Part shown: positions 47,647 to 56,822 of the stretch, piece after piece
How the letters are laid out: every line of letters begins with the position of its first letter
How positions within the stretch are numbered: the stretch's first letter is position 1
NCBI GenBank assembly: GCA_023266935.1
Contig: JAHFOF010000003.1
Location: 1 to 57,461, forward strand
Source of the DNA: a bacterium
GTDB taxonomy: Bacteria; Patescibacteriota; Minisyncoccia; Phycocordibacterales; Zambryskibacteraceae
Direction of reading: 5' to 3'
DNA: 57,461 nt
Notes under the pieces: generated by a model
The model's input: the letters and a program-made list of their open reading frames with translations, nothing else
Database searches by the model: none
What the model was told of the DNA's origin: nothing
Position numbers and translations under genes: made by a program

Positions 47647-49633
47647 TTTTTATAGTCTTTTTGATGAAAGTTTCTTGATAAAGGGCTTGGCCCTGCACGA
47701 ATCTCTCTTGAAACACTGCCCAGAAGGATTCAAGTTATGGGTTTTGTGTGCAGATCAAACTACTTTCAACATCCTCAACAAAATGAATTTAAAGTATGTC
47801 ACTCTTTTAACTCTGGATGATATAGAAGATGATGAACTTCGAGAAGTAAAGAAAACTCGAACTATGAGAGAGTATTGTTGGACCATAAAAACTTCTGTCG
47901 GAACATACATCTTCAACAAACATCCAGAGCCTGAAACTTTGTTTTATCTAGACAGCGACATATATTTTTATTCTTCTCCGGAGCCTCTTTATAAAGAATT
48001 TGAAGGCAAATCAACTTTATTGTTCCCTCATCTATTACCCCCTAAAAGAAAATGGAAAGAAAAAGATGTAGGCAAATATAACGCTGGGATGTTTATGTTT
48101 AGAAATGATAAGGACGGGAGAGAAGCTCTTGAGTGGTGGAGACAGGTTTGTAATGTGTGGTGCTACGATACACCGGGCCAAGGCAGAATCGGTGATCAAA
48201 AATATTTGGATGAGTTCGAAGAAAAATTCAAAGGTGTCCATGCCACAGAACATATCGGGGCAGATGTAGCTATTTGGAACATAGAAAATTATAAAGGTAT
48301 GATTAAGAAAAAGAATGATGAGGTGTTTATAGGAAACGAACCTTTGATTTGTTTCCATTATTCTGGTTTCCCCATTTACTATCCGGCCTCAAAATTCTTA
48401 CCAAACGGACCCGATGTAAACAACGGATATACAGAATACTCAACAGAAAGAAAATTAATTTATGATGAATATTATAAAACTTTATACAGACAAATAGAAA
48501 AAATAAAAAAGATAGAACCGGAGTTTACAGCAGGAATATTGCCCAGACCAAATCTCTTGAAACAAATACGAAGGGATGTTCTTCCCCTTATCCGCACAGC
48601 TCTCAGGGAGAAACTGAGACCTGTTATAATTAATAAACAAATGAACAATAAAAAAAGAATTCTAGTGACTGGAGGATTGGGTTTTATCGGCTCAAATTTC
48701 ATCGAACTTCTCTTAAAAAGAGATTTTTACGTCATCAATGTGGACAAGATGACCTACGCGGCTCGCACCGATCTAAATTTTGATGAAAATCCAAACTATG
48801 AGTTTATTAAAAAAGATATTTGCGATCTAACCGAGCTTCCAAAAAATATTGATTATTTAGTGAATTTTGCTGCCGAATCACACGTTGATAATTCATTGAA
48901 AGACAGCAGGGATTTTTGTTTCTCCAATGTCCACGGTGTTCATAACCTCCTCGAACTTGTTCGTAAAACTAAAAAAGAAGAACGTCCTGTCTTTATTCAA
49001 ATCTCTACAGACGAAGTTTATGGAGATATATTAGAAGGACAATCTAAAGAGTCTGATAAAACCAAACCTTCAAGCCCATATTCAGCCACAAAATCTGCTG
49101 CTGAACAACTCTTCCCTGGTTGGGCCAGAAGCTATGACATTAAATATAGAATTTGCCGTTCTGGAAATAACTATGGATATGGTCAGCAAGCAGAAAAGCT
49201 TATCCCTCATACAATCAAAAAAACCAGAAAAGACCAGAAGATGCAAATGCATGGTGATGGCTCTTACAGAAGAGAGTGGATCCAAGTTATGGATAACTGT
49301 GAAGGAATATTGATGGTTATGGAGAAAGGTGACAACAGTGAAATCTACAACATTTCATCAAATGAGGAAAAAACCAATCTGGAAGTAGTAAAGATAATAC
49401 TTCGAGCCTTGGGCAAACCAGAAGATTTCTTTGAATTCGTTCCTAATAGACCCGGTCAAGATCTACGCTACGCCACAGATGCAAATAAGATAAAAAATTT
49501 AGGCTGGAAAGCTAAACATACTCTTATTGAGCATATACCTGAATACATAAAACTTTGTGAAATAGCAGAAGAAACTCCTTCACGCAAAAAAACATTCTTC
49601 AAAAGAATTTTGGGCAAAATAAAAAAGATCTGA
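47636..49633 (+). CDS. fusion: GT-A (DXD, GT8-like) glycosyltransferase domain + dTDP-glucose 4,6-dehydratase (RmlB)-like domain
   Basis: 665 aa. The N-terminal part is FYLDSDIYFYS..YNAGMFMFRN..GDQKYLDEF. From the internal Met336 (ATG at 48641): MNNKKRILVTGGLGFIGSNF, AAESHVDNS, STDEVYGD, YSATK, RPGQDLRYA. Confidence 0.65.
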   Translation: MKYNFYSLFDESFLIKGLALHESLLKHCPEGFKLWVLCADQTTFNILNKMNLKYVTLLTLDDIEDDELREVKKTRTMREYCWTIKTSVGTYIFNKHPEPETLFYLDSDIYFYSSPEPLYKEFEGKSTLLFPHLLPPKRKWKEKDVGKYNAGMFMFRNDKDGREALEWWRQVCNVWCYDTPGQGRIGDQKYLDEFEEKFKGVHATEHIGADVAIWNIENYKGMIKKKNDEVFIGNEPLICFHYSGFPIYYPASKFLPNGPDVNNGYTEYSTERKLIYDEYYKTLYRQIEKIKKIEPEFTAGILPRPNLLKQIRRDVLPLIRTALREKLRPVIINKQMNNKKRILVTGGLGFIGSNFIELLLKRDFYVINVDKMTYAARTDLNFDENPNYEFIKKDICDLTELPKNIDYLVNFAAESHVDNSLKDSRDFCFSNVHGVHNLLELVRKTKKEERPVFIQISTDEVYGDILEGQSKESDKTKPSSPYSATKSAAEQLFPGWARSYDIKYRICRSGNNYGYGQQAEKLIPHTIKKTRKDQKMQMHGDGSYRREWIQVMDNCEGILMVMEKGDNSEIYNISSNEEKTNLEVVKIILRALGKPEDFFEFVPNRPGQDLRYATDANKIKNLGWKAKHTLIEHIPEYIKLCEIAEETPSRKKTFFKRILGKIKKI

Positions 49634-49635
49634 GC

Positions 49636-50541
49636 ATGAAAAAGAAAATAGTCATCTTGGATCACATCGGTGGAGGAAGGCTAGCTAACCAGCTTTGGAA
49701 TTATATGGGCTTATATTCGTATTGCCTTGAGAAAAATTACGCCTTAGAAAATTATGCCTTTTTTGATTATATTAATCTGTTTAATATTCCCTACCCAACA
49801 AATCCATTCATAAGATTTTTCTTGTATACCTTAAATCAAATAAAGTTTTATAGAAAATTACACGTGTATGATTATTTTTTACGCATGGCCAGAAAGATTT
49901 TAAAAAATAAAATTCTTGAGGACGACAGAGTTAACCCGTTTTATCTCCCTCCAACATCTACCTCTGAACCAGAAATAGTTCTAAAAAATAAAACAATTTA
50001 TACTAGCGGATGGTTATTTAGAAATCCAGTTGGAATTAAAAAATACAGAGAACAAATTATAAAATATTTTAAACCCAAAGAATCAATTCTTAAAAAAGTT
50101 GATTCGGTGATTGGTCCTTTAAGAGAAAAATACAAAAACGTAGTCGGAGTACATATTAGACAAACAGACTACAAGGTTTGGATGAACGGCAAGTATTATT
50201 TTTCCCAAGATGAGGTCAGAAAAATACTAAACGAGTATCTAAAAGAATTTGAACGGAAACCTGAAGAAACTGTGTTTGTTATTTGCTCAGATGGAAATAT
50301 AGATGAATCAATTTTCTCTGGATTAAACATACATTTACCAAAAGGAAATTTGGCTGAAGATTTGTTCACTCTATCTAAAACAGATGTGATTATCGGCAAC
50401 GACAGCACTTATAGTGCTTTCGCTTCTTATTATGGAAACATCCCTTTTATTGTTTTTGAAAGAGAGGGGGTAGAATGGGATTTTTATAGAGATAAATCCG
50501 GTTATTTTGAAAACAAAAAGAATGTTTTAGTTTGGTATTAA
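49636..50541 (+). CDS. fucosyltransferase-superfamily (GT11-like) glycosyltransferase
   Basis: 301 aa. GGGRLANQLWNY (compare GGLGNQMFQY), VGVHIRQTDY (the HxRRxD motif) and IIGNDSTYSAFASYYG. Confidence 0.45.
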   Translation: MKKKIVILDHIGGGRLANQLWNYMGLYSYCLEKNYALENYAFFDYINLFNIPYPTNPFIRFFLYTLNQIKFYRKLHVYDYFLRMARKILKNKILEDDRVNPFYLPPTSTSEPEIVLKNKTIYTSGWLFRNPVGIKKYREQIIKYFKPKESILKKVDSVIGPLREKYKNVVGVHIRQTDYKVWMNGKYYFSQDEVRKILNEYLKEFERKPEETVFVICSDGNIDESIFSGLNIHLPKGNLAEDLFTLSKTDVIIGNDSTYSAFASYYGNIPFIVFEREGVEWDFYRDKSGYFENKKNVLVWY

Positions 50542-50545
50542 ATAT

Positions 50546-52075
50546 ATGAACAATTTATTAGATAAAAACGAAGTTTCTATCTGGCAAACCAAAACCGATG
50601 GTTACCCAGAGACTCCACCCTATAATCCTGATATTTTGTATCCAGAATATCCTTTGGGAGTAAAAAATTTAGGCTTAAAAAATGAAACCTACGAAGCAGT
50701 TCGTGGTTCGCTCATCACCCTTGAATTGGATAAAGAAAATTTTGGAACGAAAGATTGGAATCCTTTTTCAGTCATTATTTCTCCTGGAAACACAGTAGTA
50801 ATCAAGCCAAACGCTGTGAATGATATAAATATAAAAAACAGAGGTTCAGCTTTTGCCAGCATTACTCATGGTTCGGTTATGAGAGCTGTTGTGGACTATG
50901 TCTATATTGCTCTAAAGGGAAATGGAAGGATTGTCATAGCTGACGCCCCGGGTGCTATCTGTAACTTTGAAAATTGGAAAAAAATCACAGGCATGAACGA
51001 GCTAGTGGAACTTTATAAAAAGGAAAGGAATTTTAAAATAGAAGTTTTTGACCTTCGACAAATGTATTCTCCTTGGAGTGGAGAACACGGCTATGCACCT
51101 TCAAACGAAAAAGTCAGAGTAGAGAGAGATCCAGCTGGATACAATGAAATAGATTTAGGAAAAACCAGCATGTTCTCTACTTTGACCGATAAACAATGTG
51201 AATTAATTTATGGTGCAGACTATGATAGAGAACACACCATCAAGGTTCACACCAAAGGTCACCACAAATACAAAGTTTCTCAAACTTTTCTCGACGCAGA
51301 TGTGGTTATTTCTGTCCCAAAACTTAAAACTCATATGAAAGTTGGGGTAACTCTAAACATTAAATCTATGGTTGGAACACAAGGGGATAAAAACTATGTC
51401 CCTCATTGCCGAATTGGAGATCCCACCAGAGGCGGAGATGAGTATCCAGATTTAGGCACTCTACAAAACGCCTTGAACAGATATAGGATGTGGGTTATGA
51501 CCAACGTATTGTCCAAAGAGAAACCTTGGGCAGATTTTCTTTATAAAAACTTCTTTAGAGTAATCCAAAATAAACTTCAAGGAATTTTACACCGTTGGGG
51601 CAATTATTCTAAAGGTGAAAAATATTTGGGAAACATCACTGGCGGTTCTTGGTACGGTAACGATACGGCTTGGAGAATGGCTCTGGACCTTATAAAAATA
51701 ATTCTATATGCAGATAAAACAGGTAAAATCCAAACCGTTCCACAGAGAAAATTCTTCTCTATAGTAGATGGAATTGTGGCCGGACATGAAGATGGCCCTC
51801 TGTATCCAACAGATAAATATGCCAAGGTAATAGTTTCCGGCTTTAATCCCCTCGCTGTTGATGTGGCTTCTACTGTTCTTATGGGTTTTGACTCAAATAA
51901 AATTGTAACCTTTAGAGAAGGTCTGAAGCTCCCTTGGCTCGCCCTTTGGGGTAATAAACCCGCAGATATAGATGTCCATTCGAATAACCCGAGTTGGGAT
52001 AATATTCAAAATCTAAGTGAAAATAATTTGAACTTTACCCCACATAAAGCTTGGAAGGGTCATATAGAAAAATAA
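50546..52075 (+). CDS. DUF362 domain-containing protein
   Basis: 509 aa. VVIKPNAV.., IVIADAPG and SVPKLKTHMKVGVTLNIKSMVG are characteristic DUF362 blocks. Confidence 0.6.
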   Translation: MNNLLDKNEVSIWQTKTDGYPETPPYNPDILYPEYPLGVKNLGLKNETYEAVRGSLITLELDKENFGTKDWNPFSVIISPGNTVVIKPNAVNDINIKNRGSAFASITHGSVMRAVVDYVYIALKGNGRIVIADAPGAICNFENWKKITGMNELVELYKKERNFKIEVFDLRQMYSPWSGEHGYAPSNEKVRVERDPAGYNEIDLGKTSMFSTLTDKQCELIYGADYDREHTIKVHTKGHHKYKVSQTFLDADVVISVPKLKTHMKVGVTLNIKSMVGTQGDKNYVPHCRIGDPTRGGDEYPDLGTLQNALNRYRMWVMTNVLSKEKPWADFLYKNFFRVIQNKLQGILHRWGNYSKGEKYLGNITGGSWYGNDTAWRMALDLIKIILYADKTGKIQTVPQRKFFSIVDGIVAGHEDGPLYPTDKYAKVIVSGFNPLAVDVASTVLMGFDSNKIVTFREGLKLPWLALWGNKPADIDVHSNNPSWDNIQNLSENNLNFTPHKAWKGHIEK

Positions 52076-52076
52076 A

Positions 52077-53480
52077 ATGAACGAGCAATTTCTACAAACA
52101 GACTGGGTCAACACCAAACCCGTCTTTTATAATGAGACGACTAGAAAATTTAGCCACAACATCCATGAACTCATAGATTATAAAAATTTAGAATTGGATG
52201 CAGAAGGTTTTAATAATTATTTAGAATTCGGCTATTCTGTTTTCAATCAAACTCCTATTAAAAATATTAAATTTCTAGATGCCTGCTCCAAAATATCTCT
52301 GGCCGATGGAAACTTAAAAATAGAAAACTTGCCCGATCCACTTTTTGACCACGCCAACCAACGCTCTACCCCAGAACAAATCTTAGATTTGCTTAGAAAA
52401 AATATAAACGACTGGGAAGATAGAACCGCGGGAGAAATCATCCTCCCTCTCTCTGGAGGCAACGACTCACGCCTTATCGCATCGATGATTAAAGACCCAT
52501 CGAGAGTCAGAACTTTTACCTACGGTATCTCAGACAACCAAAGAAAATCCAAAGAAGTAGTTTATGCCGAAGCCGTGGCCAAGAAGCTTGGGATGAGATG
52601 GAATTTTGTTCCTTTAGAAAATATCCACAAATACTTTGGTGAATGGGATAATTTCTTCGGTCCATCCGTGCATGCTCATGGGATGTATCACTTCCCTTTC
52701 TACAACGCTCTAAAGGGTGTGATGCCTTTAGAAAATGTTGGATTCCTCTCTGGGATATTCGGTGACAGCTGGGCAGGAGCAATCAGGACAGATAAATTTA
52801 ATTCTCCAGATGAATTAATTAAAATATCTTATAACCATGGGATGTGCGCAGATAGGAACATGTCTCTCCTAAAATCTAAGGACGAACAAAGGTTAGCCTT
52901 TTGGAACAAACACAAAGACACTATCAACCAAGGATACTTCCAATCTACCCTGTTCTGTAGGATGAAAATGATTCTCATATCTTATCTCCTCACTATCCCT
53001 GAATCATATGGACTTAGACCCTATGCTCCCATATTTGAACCAGACATCGCCTTGGGTATGCTCAACCTTCCACAGGAAATAAGACAAAACAGACAGTGGC
53101 AAGCGGATTATTTTAAAAGTGTTGGCTTAGATGTAGAAAATTGGGGGCTAAGGTTTGATGAATCAAACACCTTGAACCTGTGGGCCTTGGAAGAGATGGT
53201 TCCCCCGCCTTTGGATACCAAACTCTTAAAGGATGTTTTAAATTCAAATTATATTGAAGACATAAACAACACTCTAAAAAACTCTACAAATACTTTAAGG
53301 ATCAAAAAACTAATCCATAATATATTCAGAATTCCAAAGGTTGGGGGTGCTTTAAAAATGCTTGGGTTCACTGACCCATACAGGTTAAACAACAAAGAGG
53401 GCATGGCCTATTATGCTTATCTAGTGATCAAACCCATCGAGCTGGCTCTTCAAAAAAGCGCCGAATTTAAAAAAAGATGA
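52077..53480 (+). CDS. asparagine synthetase-like PP-loop ATP pyrophosphatase (no glutaminase Cys)
   Basis: 467 aa. ILPLSGGNDSRLIASM is the SGGxDS PP-loop. The N terminus lacks the Met-Cys of class II amidotransferases. Confidence 0.55.
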   Translation: MNEQFLQTDWVNTKPVFYNETTRKFSHNIHELIDYKNLELDAEGFNNYLEFGYSVFNQTPIKNIKFLDACSKISLADGNLKIENLPDPLFDHANQRSTPEQILDLLRKNINDWEDRTAGEIILPLSGGNDSRLIASMIKDPSRVRTFTYGISDNQRKSKEVVYAEAVAKKLGMRWNFVPLENIHKYFGEWDNFFGPSVHAHGMYHFPFYNALKGVMPLENVGFLSGIFGDSWAGAIRTDKFNSPDELIKISYNHGMCADRNMSLLKSKDEQRLAFWNKHKDTINQGYFQSTLFCRMKMILISYLLTIPESYGLRPYAPIFEPDIALGMLNLPQEIRQNRQWQADYFKSVGLDVENWGLRFDESNTLNLWALEEMVPPPLDTKLLKDVLNSNYIEDINNTLKNSTNTLRIKKLIHNIFRIPKVGGALKMLGFTDPYRLNNKEGMAYYAYLVIKPIELALQKSAEFKKR

Positions 53481-54538
53481 AAATATTCATTATTCATAGT
53501 TATTATCCAGAATTTTTAAAGGGTTTTTATGAGAAAAATCCTAACCTTAAATCTTCATCTTATAAGGAACAGAAATCTGCATTGATTAAAGAGCAATTTG
53601 GAACAGCTGATTTTTATTCTAAAAACCTCTCACCTCTTGGACACACAGCCGAAGAGTTCATCATCAACAACGAAGTTCTTCAGAAACAATGGGCCAAGGA
53701 AAATAATATTCAATATTCGGATAATATCTTTAAATCAAACTGGCTTGAGAAGATTGTTGAAGCTCAGATTCTTCAATTTAAACCGGATGTTGTTTATTCC
53801 CACAATTTAAAAATTGTATCCTTAGAAAGCTTAGACAGAATTAAAAAAATGACGAAGATTTTGGTTGGGCAAATCGCTTCCCCACTCCCAGATGAAAATT
53901 TTTTGAAAAAGTACGATCTGATTCTAAGTTCATTTCCACATTATGTACAAAGATTTAAAGAACTGGGAATTGCTGGCGATTATTTTAATCTAGGATTTGA
54001 AGAATCAATCTTATCAACTTTAAGGAAAACCAAAGATCAATACGATACGGTTTTCATCGGTACCCTTGGGGGAAAACATACTAAGGGTTTGGACATATTT
54101 GAATATATTAGTAACCATATAAAATTAGATTTATGGGGACCAGATTCTTACATCACAAAAAACTATCATGGAGAAGCTTGGGGGCATGAAATGTTTAATA
54201 TTCTTTATAATTCAAAAATTGCCATCAATAGACATATAGATGTGGCCGAAAATTATGCGAACAATATGCGCTTATATGAGGCCACGGGTTCTGGGACAAT
54301 GCTTATCACGGATGCAAAACCAAATTTAAATGATTTATTCGAAGCAGGTAAGGAAGTCGAAACTTATTCTTCTAAAGAGGAACTGCTAAAGAAAATAGAG
54401 TATTATTTGATCCACGATGACGAAAGAAAGGCTATCGCCCAAGCTGGACAAAAACGAACCTTTCGTGACCATACTTATAGGGTCAGAATGGTTCAATTGG
54501 TTCAAATTTTAGAACGATATTTAAACAAAAATGTCTAA
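53477..54538 (+). CDS. CgeB-family (Glyco_trans_1_2/DUF3880-like) glycosyltransferase
   Basis: 353 aa. ..NMRLYEATGSGTMLITD...FEAGKEVETYSSKEELLKKIEYYLIHDDERKAIAQAGQKRTFRDHTY is a typical CgeB C terminus. Confidence 0.6.
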   Translation: MKIFIIHSYYPEFLKGFYEKNPNLKSSSYKEQKSALIKEQFGTADFYSKNLSPLGHTAEEFIINNEVLQKQWAKENNIQYSDNIFKSNWLEKIVEAQILQFKPDVVYSHNLKIVSLESLDRIKKMTKILVGQIASPLPDENFLKKYDLILSSFPHYVQRFKELGIAGDYFNLGFEESILSTLRKTKDQYDTVFIGTLGGKHTKGLDIFEYISNHIKLDLWGPDSYITKNYHGEAWGHEMFNILYNSKIAINRHIDVAENYANNMRLYEATGSGTMLITDAKPNLNDLFEAGKEVETYSSKEELLKKIEYYLIHDDERKAIAQAGQKRTFRDHTYRVRMVQLVQILERYLNKNV

Positions 54539-55415
54539 AAAAATTTTAATTTTAGGAGGAAACGGGTTCATCGGATTACACCTACAAAAACGTCTTGCTA
54601 ATGAAGATGTGGTAGTAACAGTTGGAGGAGATGTCACAAACTACGAAGATGTAGCTTCAAAAATAAAGGACCAAGATATCATCATAAACCTGGCCACGGT
54701 TGTTCAAACTATTGGAAACTTTGATGCTTATAAAGATTTAAATGTGAACTGTTTGGGACAAATAAATATTTTGGAAGCTAGGAAAAATATTAACCCTAAT
54801 TCTAAATATATTTACTTTGGAAGCAGTCTGCAGTTTGGAAGAATAGACCCTAAAGATTTACCCATACCAGAAGATTATCCTCAAAGACCATTGTCTCTAT
54901 ATGGATCCCACAAAGTAACAGCTGAAAATTATTGTTTGGTTTATAAAAAAGCTTATAACCTTGATTCAATTATTCTTCGTATGCCTCCTATTTATGGTCC
55001 GAGTTTAGATGGGAAAGAAACTAGAAGCCTAGTAGAAAAATTTATCAAGATCGCTCTAGGAAATGGAAACTTCACGGCTAATAATTTTGGAGAAGATATA
55101 AAAGATTTTGTTTATGTTGATGATGTGATTGAAGCAATAATAAAAGTTATAGAATCTCCAGTCCAAAATGCTATTTATAACTTGGGTTCTGGTTGTGGTT
55201 TAAAACTAGTCGAGATTTCTCAAATGATTTTAGATGAATGTCAGGGCGGTACCATGGAGCTCGTCCCCTATCCACCCGATAGAGTGGCGTTTGAATCTGG
55301 CAGTTTTTGTTTTGATATTTCTAAAATCAAAAAAGAATTAGGTTGGGCTCCAAAAGTTGATATAAAAGAAGGGATTAAAAGAATGGTTGAATTCTATAAA
55401 AACAAAAAAGATTAA
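54531..55415 (+). CDS. NAD-dependent epimerase/dehydratase (extended SDR)
   Basis: 294 aa with KILILGGNGFIGLHL and the YGSHK catalytic YxxxK. Confidence 0.75.
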   Translation: MSKKILILGGNGFIGLHLQKRLANEDVVVTVGGDVTNYEDVASKIKDQDIIINLATVVQTIGNFDAYKDLNVNCLGQINILEARKNINPNSKYIYFGSSLQFGRIDPKDLPIPEDYPQRPLSLYGSHKVTAENYCLVYKKAYNLDSIILRMPPIYGPSLDGKETRSLVEKFIKIALGNGNFTANNFGEDIKDFVYVDDVIEAIIKVIESPVQNAIYNLGSGCGLKLVEISQMILDECQGGTMELVPYPPDRVAFESGSFCFDISKIKKELGWAPKVDIKEGIKRMVEFYKNKKD

Positions 55416-55416
55416 T

Positions 55417-56385
55417 ATGAATGTTTGCAAGGTTTGTGGAAAAAGCCTAAAAATTAGTACCCCTAAAGCTTTTGATGCCAGATACGGTTATCCAGATTAT
55501 TTTGATATTTTATATTGTCCTAATTGTGGTCTTTTCCAAACCCATCCTCCATTGACTCAAGATGATATTGGGCCACTTTATTCTAACTATTATCCATACG
55601 CAGATATTGATCCGGAAAAAATAAAAACTGGTTTCCAACCAGAACTAGAAAACAAAGCCAAGCTTAAAAACTGGATTATAGGCAATCATCGAATCCAAAA
55701 CATGCTTCCACAAGGAACAGGCAAGATTCTCGAGGTTGGTTGTGGAGACGGTCGATCCCTTCTTCAACTGAAAGCTTTGGGTTATGAAGCTTATGGGATA
55801 GAAGCAGACAAAAATATTGAACCTATTAAAAACGCTCTGGGGCTAAACATTCACATCGGTACTATAGAAAATGCCCCATTTGAGCCGAAAACTTTTGATA
55901 TCGTTACTGCCAACCAACTCATTGAGCACATTGTGGATTTAAATAGCTTTATAACTTACTCTAAAAAATTTCTTAAAGATGGTGGAATTTTGATTTTAAG
56001 CACCCCCAATGCCAACAGTTTGTACAGATTAATGTTCGGACAGAAGTGGATTAATTGGCACATCCCCTTTCACCAACAAGTTTTTACTCTAAAATCTTTA
56101 AAAAATCTTTTGGAGAAAAACGGTCTTAAAATATTTAAATCAAAAACTGTAACTCCTACTTCTTGGACCTTGCATCAACTCGATGCCTTTAGACATCCAT
56201 CAAAAATCGGAGTGAAAAATCCATATTGGATGATAAAGAAAGCTACATCAAACAATCAACGATCCATAAAACAAAATTTGTTTAAAAAATTTATATTAAA
56301 GATTATAGTGGGAATAATAACTTTGGTTAACAGAATTATAGATTCACTGTATCTAGGTGATTGTCTGGTAGTATATATAAAATAA
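55417..56385 (+). CDS. class I SAM-dependent methyltransferase with N-terminal Cys4 zinc-ribbon
   Basis: The ATG at 55417 (MNVCKVCGK...CPNCG) is preferred. ILEVGCGDGRSL is SAM motif I and LKDGGILILSTPN follows. Confidence 0.75.
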   Translation: MNVCKVCGKSLKISTPKAFDARYGYPDYFDILYCPNCGLFQTHPPLTQDDIGPLYSNYYPYADIDPEKIKTGFQPELENKAKLKNWIIGNHRIQNMLPQGTGKILEVGCGDGRSLLQLKALGYEAYGIEADKNIEPIKNALGLNIHIGTIENAPFEPKTFDIVTANQLIEHIVDLNSFITYSKKFLKDGGILILSTPNANSLYRLMFGQKWINWHIPFHQQVFTLKSLKNLLEKNGLKIFKSKTVTPTSWTLHQLDAFRHPSKIGVKNPYWMIKKATSNNQRSIKQNLFKKFILKIIVGIITLVNRIIDSLYLGDCLVVYIK

Positions 56386-56387
56386 TT

Positions 56388-56822
56388 ATGGAAAAATTTA
56401 TTACCAAAATCTCTGGTTTGGAAGAACATAAGAACCCCAAAGTCTTTCAATTTTTTCGTTTTTTTGTCACGGGAGGTTCTTCAGCTCTCTTTAATTTTAT
56501 AATCCTTTATTCATTAACTGAATTTTTGGGAATTTGGTATTTATTATCTACGATAATTTCTTTTTCTCTGGCTTCTGTTTATAGTTTTACTCTCCAAAAA
56601 TTTTGGGCCTTTAAGGATGTGGACAAACAAAAAACCGCATGGCAACTACCCGCCTATATCCTTATGGCCATTTGTAACCTTTTCATCAATTCAGGAATAG
56701 TTTATTTGTTGGTTGAGAAGTTTGGAGTTTGGTATATGTTGGCCCAGTTTATCGCCGCTGGTCTAATCGCTTTTGAGAGCTACGCCGTATTCAAATTTCT
56801 TATCTTTAAAATAAAAGATTAA
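56388..56822 (+). CDS. GtrA family membrane protein
   Basis: The ATG at 56388 is preferred. FFRFFVTGGSSALFNFIILYSL..FSLASVYSFTLQKFWAF with 4 TM helices. Confidence 0.8.
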   Translation: MEKFITKISGLEEHKNPKVFQFFRFFVTGGSSALFNFIILYSLTEFLGIWYLLSTIISFSLASVYSFTLQKFWAFKDVDKQKTAWQLPAYILMAICNLFINSGIVYLLVEKFGVWYMLAQFIAAGLIAFESYAVFKFLIFKIKD

